A stretch of DNA of 64,000 nt from Eledone cirrhosa. Its lineage: Eukaryota. This document shows, one piece after another, positions 54,401 through 64,000 of the stretch. Every line of letters starts with the position of its first letter. Position 1 is the first letter of the stretch. The notes under the pieces are model-generated. The model ran no database searches. It worked only from the letters and a program-made list of their open reading frames with translations, and was not told the DNA's origin. A program made the translations under genes and the position numbers. Location of the stretch: NCBI GenBank assembly GCA_964016885.1, contig CAXHJY010000955.1, positions 62,001-126,000 of the forward strand, written 5' to 3'.

Positions 54401-57400
54401 GTGTAATGTTGGAATAGAAATATATTGGTGGAAAGTTGGGAATACAAATATATTGGTGTAAAGTTGGAATAGAAATATATTGGTGTAAAGTTGGGAATAG
54501 AAATATATTGGAGTAAGGTTGAAATAGAAATATATTGGTGTAAAGTTGGGAATAGAAATATATTGGTGTAAAGTTGGGAATAGAAATATATTGGTGTAAA
54601 GTTGGGAATAGAAATATATTGGTGTAAAGTTGGGAATAGAAATATATTGGTGTAAAGTTGGAATAGAAATATATTGGTGTAAAGTTGGAATAGAAATATA
54701 ATGGTGTAAAGTTGGGAATAGAAATATATTGGTGCAAAGTTGGGAATAGAAATATATTGGAGTAAAGTTGGGAATAGAAATATATTGGTGTAAAGTTGGG
54801 AATAGAAATATATTGGAGTAAAGTTGGTAATAGAAATATATTGGTGCAAAGTTGGAATAGAAATATATTGGTGTAAAGTTGGAATAGAAATATATTGGTG
54901 TAAAGTTGGGAATAGAAATATATTGGTGTAAAGTTGGGAATAGAAATATTTTGGTGTAAAGTTGGGAATAGAAATATATTGGTGTAAAGTTGGAATAGAA
55001 ATATATTGGTGTAAATTTGGAATAGAAATATATTGGTGTAAATTTGGGAATAGAAATATATTGGTGTAAAGTTGGAATAGAAATATACTGGTGTCAAGTT
55101 GGGAATAGAAATATATTGGTGCAAAGTTGGGAATAGAAATATATTGGTGCAAAGTTGGGAATAGAAATATATTGGAGCAAAGTTGGGAATAGAAATATAT
55201 TGGTGTAAAGTTGGGAATAGAAATATATTGGAGTAAGGTTAGAATAGAAATATATTGGTGTAATGTTGGAATAGAAATATATTGGTGGAAAGTTGGGAAT
55301 AGAAATATATTGGTGTAAAGTTGGGAATAGAAATATATTGGTGTAAAGTTGGAATAGAAATATATTGGTGTTAAGTTGGAATAGAAATATATTGGTGTAA
55401 AGTTGGAATAGATATATATTGGTGTAAAATTGGGAATAGAAATATATTGGAGTAAGGTTGAAATAGAAATATATTGGTGTAAATTTGGGAATAGAAATAT
55501 ATTGGTGTAAAGTTGGGAATAGAAATATATTGGTGTAAAGTTGGGAATAGAAATATTTTGGTGTAAAGTTGGGAATAGAAATATATTGGTGTAAAGTTGG
55601 AATAGAAATATATTGGTGTAAAGTTGGGAATAGAAATATATTGGTGTAAAGTTGGGAATAGAAATATATTGGTGTAAAGTTGGAAAAGAAATATATTGGA
55701 GTAAAGTTGGGAATAGAAATATATTGGTGTAAAGTTGGGAATAGAAATATATTGGTGTAAAGTTGGAATAGAAATATATTGGTGTAAAGTTGGAATAGAA
55801 ATATATTGGTGTAAAGTTGGAAATAGAAATATATTGGTGTAAAGTTGAAATAGAAATATATTGGTGTAAAGTTGGGTATAGAAATATATTGGTGTAAAGT
55901 TGGAATAGAAATATATGGTGTAAAGTTGGAATAGAAATATATTGGTGTAAAGTTAGAATAGAAATATATTGGTGTAAAATTGGGAATAGAAATATATTGG
56001 TGAATAGTTGGGAATAGAAATATATCGGTGGAATGTTGGGAATAGAAATATATTGGTGTAAAGTTGGGAATAGAAATATATTGGTGTAAAGTTGGAATAG
56101 AAATATATTGGTATAAAGTTGGGAATAGAAATATATTGGAGTAAGGTTGAAAAAGAAATGTAGTGGTGTAAATTTGGGAATAGAAATATATTGGTGTAAA
56201 GTTGGGAATAGAAATATATTGGTGTAAAGTTGGGAATAGAAATATATTGGTGTAAAGTTGGGAATAAAAATATATTGGTGTAAAGTTGGAATAGAAATAT
56301 GTTGGTGTAAAGTTGGAATAGAAATATAATGGTGTAAAGTTGGGAATAGAAATATATTGGTGCAAAGTTGGGAATAGAAATATATTGGAGTAAAGTTGAG
56401 AATAGAAATATATTGGTGTAAAGTTGGGAATAGAAATATATTGGTGTAAAGTTGGAAAAGAAATATATTGGTGTAAAGTTGGAAAAGAAATATATTGGAG
56501 TAAAGTTGGGAATAGAAATATATTGGTGTAAAGTTGGGAATAGAAATATATTGGTGTAAAGTTGGAATAGAAATATATTGGTGTAAAGTTGGAATAGAAA
56601 TATATTGGTGTAAAGTTGGAAATAGAAATATATTGGTGTAAAGTTGGAATAGAAATATATTGGTGTAAAGTTGGGTATAGAAATATATTGGTGTAAAGTT
56701 GGAATAGAAATATATGGTGTAAAGTTGGAATAGAAATATATTGGTGTAAAGTTAGAATAGAAATATATTGGTGTAAAATTGGGAATAGAAATATATTGGT
56801 GAATAGTTGGGAATAGAAATATATCGGTGGAATGTTGGGAATAGAAATATATTGGTGTAAAGTTGGGAATAGAAATATATTGGTGTAAAGTTGGAATAGA
56901 AATATATTGGTGTAAAGTTGGGTATAGAAATATTTTGGTGTAAAGTTGGGAATAGAAATATATTGGTGTAAAGTTGGGAATAGAAATATATTGGTGTAAA
57001 GTTGGGAATAGAAATATATTGGAGTAAGGTTGAAATAGAAATATATTGGTGTAATGTTGCAATAGAAATATATTGGTGGAAAGTTGGGAATAGAAATATA
57101 TTGGTGTAAAGTTGGGAATAAAAATATATTGGTGTAAAGTTGGGAATAGAAATATTTTGGTGTAAAGTTGGGAATAGAAATATATTGGTGTAAAGTTGGA
57201 ATAGAAATATATTGGTGTAAATTTGGAATAGAAATATATTGGTGTAAATTTGGGAATAGAAATATATTGGTGTAAAGTTGGAATAGAAATATATTGGTGT
57301 AAAGTTGGGAATAGAAATATATTGGAGTAAGGTTGAAATAGAAATATATTGGTGTAAAGTTGGGAATAGAAATATATTGGTGTAAAGTTGGGAATAGAAA

Positions 57401-60400
57401 TATATTGGTGTAAAGTTGGGAATAGAAATATATTGGTGTAAAGTTGGGAATAGAAATATATTGGAGTAAAGTTGGTAATAGAAATATATTGGTGCAAAGT
57501 TGGAATAGAAATATATTGGTGTAAAGTTGGAATAGAAATATATTGGTGTAAAGTTGGGAATAGAAATATATTGGTGTAAAGTTGGGAATAGAAATATTTT
57601 GGTGTAAAGTTGGGAATAGAAATATATTGGTGTAAAGTTGGAATAGAAATATATTGGTGTAAATTTGGAATAGAAATATATTGGTGTAAATTTGGGAATA
57701 GAAATATATTGGTGTAAAGTTGGAATAGAAATATACTGGTGTCAAGTTGGGAATAGAAATATATTGGTGCAAAGTTGGGAATAGAAATATATTGGTGCAA
57801 AGTTGGGAATAGAAATATATTGGAGCAAAGTTGGGAATAGAAATATATTGGTGTAAAGTTGGGAATAGAAATATATTGGAGTAAGGTTAGAATAGAAATA
57901 TATTGGTGTAATGTTGGAATAGAAATATATTGGTGGAAAGTTGGGAATAGAAATATATTGGTGTAAAGTTGGGAATAGAAATATATTGGTGTAAAGTTGG
58001 AATAGAAATATACTGGTGTTAAGTTGGAATAGAAATATATTGGTGTAAAGTTGGAATAGATATATATTGGTGTAAAATTGGGAATAGAAATATATTGGAG
58101 TAAGGTTGAAATAGAAATATATTGGTGTAAAGTTGGGCATAGAAATATATTGGTGTAAAGTTGGGAATAGAAATATATTGGTGTAAAGTTGGGAATAGAA
58201 ATATTTTGGTGTAAAGTTGGGAATAGAAATATATTGGTGTAAAGTTGGAATAGAAATATATTGGTGTAAAGTTGGGAATAGAAATATATTGGTGTAAAGT
58301 TGGGAATAGAAATATATTGGTGTAAAGTTGGAAAAGAAATATATTGGAGTAAAGTTGGGAATAGAAATATATTGGTGTAAAGTTGGGAATAGAAATATAT
58401 TGGTGTAAAGTTGGAATAGAAATATATTGGTGTAAAGTTGGAATAGAAATATATTGGTGTAAAGTTGGAAATAGAAATATATTGGTGTAAAGTTGGAATA
58501 GAAATATATTGGTGTAAAGTTGGGTATAGAAATATATTGGTGTAAAGTTGGAATAGAAATATATGGTGTAAAGTTGGAATAGAAATATATTGGTGTAAAG
58601 TTAGAATAGAAATATATTGGTGTAAAATTGGGAATAGAAATATATTGGTGAATAGTTGGGAATAGAAATATATCGGTGGAATGTTGGGAATAGAAATATA
58701 TTGGTGTAAAGTTGGGAATAGAAATATATTGGTGTAAAGTTGGAATAGAAATATATTGGTATAAAGTTGGGAATAGAAATATATTGGAGTAAGGTTGAAA
58801 AAGAAATGTAGTGGTGTAAATTTGGGAATAGAAATATATTGGTGTAAAGTTGGGAATAGAAATATATTGGTGTAAAGTTGGGAATAGAAATATATTGGTG
58901 TAAAGTTGGGAATAAAAATATATTGGTGTAAAGTTGGAATAGAAATATGTTGGTGTAAAGTTGGAATAGAAATATAATGGTGTAAAGTTGGGAATAGAAA
59001 TATATTGGTGTAAAGTTGGAATAGAAATATATTGGTATAAAGTTGGGAATAGAAATATATTGGTGTAAAGTTGGAAAAGAAATATATTGGAGTAAAGTTG
59101 GGAATAGAAATATATTGGTGTAAAGTTGGGAATAGAAATATATTGGTGTAAAGTTGGAATAGAAATATATTGGTGTAAAGTTGGAAAAGAAATATATTGG
59201 AGTAAAGTTGGGAATAGAAATATATTGGTGTAAAGTTGGGAATAGAAATATATTGGTGTAAAGTTGGAATAGAAATATATTGGTGTAAAGTTGGAATAGA
59301 AATATATTGGTGTAAAGTTGGAAATAGAAATATATTGGTGTAAAGTTGGAATAGAAATATATTGGTGTAAAGTTGGGTATAGAAATATATTGGTGTAAAG
59401 TTGGAATAGAAATATATGGTGTAAAGTTGGAATAGAAATATATTGGTGTAAAGTTAGAATAGAAATATATTGGTGTAAAATTGGGAATAGAAATATATTG
59501 GTGAATAGTTGGGAATAGAAATATATCGGTGGAATGTTGGGAATAGAAATATATTGGTGTAAAGTTGGGAATAGAAATATATTGGTGTAAAGTTGGAATA
59601 GAAATATATTGGTGTAAAGTTGGGTATAGAAATATTTTGGTGTAAAGTTGGGAATAGAAATATATTGGTGTAAAGTTGGAATAGAAATATATTGGTGTAA
59701 ATTTGGAATAGAAATATATTGGTGTAAATTTGGGAATAGAAATATATTGGTGTAAAGTTGGAATAGAAATATACTGGTGTAAAGTTGGGAATAGAAATAT
59801 ATTGGAGTAAGGTTGAAATAGAAATATATTGGTGTAAAGTTGGGAATAGAAATATATTGGTGTAAAGTTGGGAATAGAAATATATTGGTGTAAAGTTGGG
59901 AATAGAAATATATTGGTGTAAAGTTGGGAATAGAAATATATTGGTGTAAAGTTGGAATAGAAATATATTGGTGTAAAGTTGGAATAGAAATATAATGGTG
60001 TAAAGTTGGGAATTGAAATATATTGGTGCAAAGTTGGGAATAGAAATATATGGGAGTAAAGTTGGGAATAGAAATATATTGGTGTAAAGTTGGGAATAGA
60101 AATATATTGGTGCAAAGTTGGAATAGAAATATATTGGTGTAAAGTTGGGAATAGAAATATATTGGAGTAAAGTTGGGAATAGAAATATATTGGTGCAAAG
60201 TTGAAATAGAAATATATTGGTGTAAAGTTGGAATAGAAATATATTGGTGTAAAGTTGGAATAGAAATATATTGGTGTAAAGTTGGGAATAGAAATATATT
60301 GGTGTAAAGTTGGGAATAGAAATATATTGGAGTAAGGTTGGAATAGAAATATATTGGTGTAATGTTGCAATAGAAATATATTGGTGGAAAGTTGGGAATA

Positions 60401-63400
60401 GAAATATATTGGTGTAAAGTTGGGAATAAAAATATATTGGTGTAAAGTTGGGAATAGAAATATTTTGGTGTAAAGTTGGGAATAGAAATATATTGGTGTA
60501 AAGTTGGAATAGAAATATATTGGTGTAAATTTGGAATAGAAATATATTGGTGTAAATTTGGGAATAGAAATATATTGGTGTAAAGTTGGAATAGAAATAT
60601 ATTGGTGTAAAGTTGGGAATAGAAATATATTGGAGTAAGGTTGAAATAGAAATATATTGGTGTAAAGTTGGGAATAGAAATATATTGGTGTAAAGTTGGG
60701 AATAGAAATATATTGGTGTAAAGTTGGGAATAGAAATATATTGGTGTAAAGTTGGGAATAGAAATATATTGGTGTAAAGTTGGAATAGAAATATATTGGT
60801 GTAAAGTTGGAATAGAAATATAATGGTGTAAAGTTGGGAATAGAAATATATTGGTGCAAAGTTGGGAATAGAAATATATTGGAGTAAAGTTGGGAATAGA
60901 AATATATTGGTGTAAAGTTGGGAATAGAAATATATTGGAGTAAAGTTGGTAATAGAAATATATTGGTGCAAAGTTGGAATAGAAATATATTGGTGTAAAG
61001 TTGGAATAGAAATATATTGGTGTAAAGTTGGGAATAGAAATATATTGGTGTAAAGTTGGGAATAGAAATATTTTGGTGTAAAGTTGGGAATAGAAATATA
61101 TTGGTGTAAAGTTGGAATAGAAATATATTGGTGTAAATTTGGAATAGAAATATATTGGTGTAAATTTGGGAATAGAAATATATTGGTGTAAAGTTGGAAT
61201 AGAAATATACTGGTGTCAAGTTGGGAATAGAAATATATTGGTGCAAAGTTGGGAATAGAAATATATTGGTGCAAAGTTGGGAATAGAAATATATTGGAGC
61301 AAAGTTGGGAATAGAAATATATTGGTGTAAAGTTGGGAATAGAAATATATTGGAGTAAGGTTAGAATAGAAATATATTGGTGTAATGTTGGAATAGAAAT
61401 ATATTGGTGGAAAGTTGGGAATAGAAATATATTGGTGTAAAGTTGGGAATAGAAATATATTGGTGTAAAGTTGGAATAGAAATATATTGGTGTTAAGTTG
61501 GAATAGAAATATATTGGTGTAAAGTTGGAATAGATATATATTGGTGTAAAATTGGGAATAGAAATATATTGGAGTAAGGTTGAAATAGAAATATATTGGT
61601 GTAAAGTTGGGAATAGAAATATATTGGTGTAAAGTTGGGAATAGAAATATATTGGTGTAAAGTTGGGAATAGAAATATTTTGGTGTAAAGTTGGGAATAG
61701 AAATATATTGGTGTAAAGTTGGAATAGAAATATATTGGTGTAAAGTTGGGAATAGAAATATATTGGTGTAAAGTTGGGAATAGAAATATATTGGTGTAAA
61801 GTTGGAAAAGAAATATATTGGAGTAAAGTTGGGAATAGAAATATATTGGTGTAAAGTTGGGAATAGAAATATATTGGTGTAAAGTTGGAATAGAAATATA
61901 TTGGTGTAAAGTTGGAATAGAAATATATTGGTGTAAAGTTGGAAATAGAAATATATTGGTGTAAAGTTGGAATAGAAATATATTGGTGTAAAGTTGGGTA
62001 TAGAAATATATTGGTGTAAAGTTGGAATAGAAATATATGGTGTAAAGTTGGAATAGAAATATATTGGTGTAAAGTTAGAATAGAAATATATTGGTGTAAA
62101 ATTGGGAATAGAAATATATTGGTGAATAGTTGGGAATAGAAATATATCGGTGGAATGTTGGGAATAGAAATATATTGGTGTAAAGTTGGGAATAGAAATA
62201 TATTGGTGTAAAGTTGGAATAGAAATATATTGGTATAAAGTTGGGAATAGAAATATATTGGAGTAAGGTTGAAAAAGAAATGTAGTGGTGTAAATTTGGG
62301 AATAGAAATATATTGGTGTAAAGTTGGGAATAGAAATATATTGGTGTAAAGTTGGGAATAGAAATATATTGGTGTAAAGTTGGGAATAAAAATATATTGG
62401 TGTAAAGTTGGAATAGAAATATGTTGGTGTAAAGTTGGAATAGAAATATAATGGTGTAAAGTTGGGAATAGAAATATATTGGTGCAAAGTTGGGAATAGA
62501 AATATATTGGAGTAAAGTTGAGAATAGAAATATATTGGTGTAAAGTTGGGAATAGAAATATATTGGTGCAAAGTTGAAATAGAAATATATTGGTGTAAAG
62601 TTGGAATAGAAATATATTGGTGTAAAGTTGGAATAGAAATATATTGGTGTAATGTTGGGAATAGAAATATATTGGTGTAAAGTTGGAATAGAAATATATT
62701 GGTGTAAAGTTGGGAATAGAAATATATTGGAGTAAGGTTGGAATAGAAATGTATTGGTGTAATGTTGGAATAGAAATATATTGGTGTAAAGTTGGGAATA
62801 AAAATATATTGGTGTAAAGTTGGGAATAGAAATATATTGGTGTAAAGTTGGAATAGAAATATATTGGTGTTAAGTTGGAATAGAAATATATTGGTGAAAA
62901 GTTGGAATAGAAATATATTGGTGTAAAGTTGGGAATAGAAATATATTGGAGTAAGGTTGAAATAGAAATATATTGGTGTAAAGTTGGGAATAGAAATATT
63001 TCGGTGTAAAGTTGAGAATAGAAATATATTGGTGTAAAGTTGGAATAGAAATATATTGGTGTAAAGTTGGGAATAGAAATATATTGGTGTAAAGTTGCGA
63101 ATAGAAATATTTTGGTGTAAAGTTGGGAATAGAAATATATTGGTGTAAAGTTGGAATAGAAATATATTGGTGTAAATTTGGAATAGAAATATATTGGTGT
63201 AAATTTGGGAATAGAAATATATTGGTGTAAAGTTGGAATAGAAATATACTGGTGTAAAGTTGGGAATAGAAATATATTGGAGTAAGGTTGAAATAGAAAT
63301 ATATTGGTGTAAATTTGGGAATAGAAATATGTTGGTGTAAAGTTGGGAATAGAAATATATTGGTGTAAAGTTGGAATAGAAATATATTGGTGTAAAGTTG

Positions 63401-64000
63401 GTATAGAAATATAATGGTGTAAAGTTGGGAATAGAAATATATTGGTGCAAAGTTGGGAATAGAAATATATTGGTGCAAAGTTGGGAATAGAAATATATTG
63501 GAGCAAAGTTGGGAATAGAAATATATTGGTGTAAAGTTGGGAATAGAAATATATTGGAGTAAGGTTGGAATAGAAATATATTGGTGTAATGTTTGAATAG
63601 AAATATATTGGTGGAAAGTTGGGAATAGAAATATATTGGTGTAAAGTTGGGAATAGAAATATATTGGTGTAAAGTTGGAATAGAAATATATTGGTGTTAA
63701 GTTGGAATAGAAATATATTGGTGTAAAGTTGGAATAGAAATATATTGGTGTAAATTTGGGAATAGAAATATATTGGAGTAAGGTTGAAATAGAAATATAT
63801 TGGTGTAAAGTTGGGAATAGAAATATATTGGTGTAAAGATGGGAATAGAAATATATTGGTGTAAAGTTGGGAATAGAAATATTTTGGTGTAAAGTTGGGA
63901 ATAGAAATATATTGGTGTAAAGTTGGAATAGAAATATATTGGTGTAAAGTTGGGAATAGAAATATATTGGTGTAAAGTTGGGAATAGAAATATATTGGTG

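Larger units (their letters stand above)
4617..64000. repeat. 27/28-bp tandem satellite, about 2,150 units over more than 59 kb, continues beyond the window end
   Basis: Consensus GGAATAGAAATATATTGGTGTAAAGTT (27 bp: 11 A, 9 T, 7 G, 0 C) is intermixed with a GGG 28-bp form. All units share one orientation, and I saw no inversion or foreign insertion. A degenerate first unit (GAAAGAAACATTGGAGTAAAG) starts near 4608. Confidence 0.99.

Noticed and set aside
5452-63506. Dozens of very long minus-strand ORFs (138-5437 aa) as real genes
   Set aside because: They overlap in all three frames, consist of three 9-mers, mostly start at SNP-created TTG codons and shift frame at every 28-bp unit. Their openness follows from the strand lacking G and TAA.
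4617-64000. CRISPR array or iteron cluster (27/28-bp AT-rich repeat)
   Set aside because: No spacers, more than 2,000 contiguous copies, and no cas or rep genes or other prokaryotic context.
4617-64000. Canonical telomerase-made telomere
   Set aside because: It is not a TTAGGG/TTAGG-type repeat. Faithful kb-scale copying of SNP patterns indicates recombination or replication-based growth, not reiterative copying of a short template. The resemblance to the yeast GGTGT core is too short to be significant.
4617-64000. Strong G-quadruplex array
   Set aside because: Tracts are mostly GG with at most one GGG per unit, and loops are 9 and about 14 nt. This does not fit the canonical G3+N1-7 pattern.

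Overview
This looks like eukaryotic (probably animal) repeat-rich DNA, and it has no credible protein-coding gene, RNA gene or CRISPR array. It has three parts. (1) 1-3770 is a 41-bp tandem satellite (GACAGCTACAGCATTGAACATGGACCAATGCTGTCAATAAT, about 95 units, cut off by the window start) with two overlapping inverted repeats per unit and a recurrent 27-bp deletion variant. (2) 3771-4616 is an AT-rich unique spacer of about 850 bp holding a short, decayed, internally deleted RTE-clade (Rex3/Expander-like) LINE 3' fragment on the minus strand and an (ACT)n microsatellite. (3) 4617-64000 is an uninterrupted 27/28-bp satellite (GG[G]AATAGAAATATATTGGTGTAAAGTT, about 2,150 units, cut off by the window end). 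Its + strand consensus has no C, and variant units reveal nested higher-order duplications with offsets of about 1.9, 2.2, 2.6, 3.0, 6-8, 12 and 14 kb. The giant minus-strand ORFs (up to 5437 aa) are a composition artefact: that strand's consensus has no G and no TAA. The most interesting biology is the architecture and possible chromosomal role of the large array (centromeric, subtelomeric or recombination-maintained terminus), which this window alone cannot establish.
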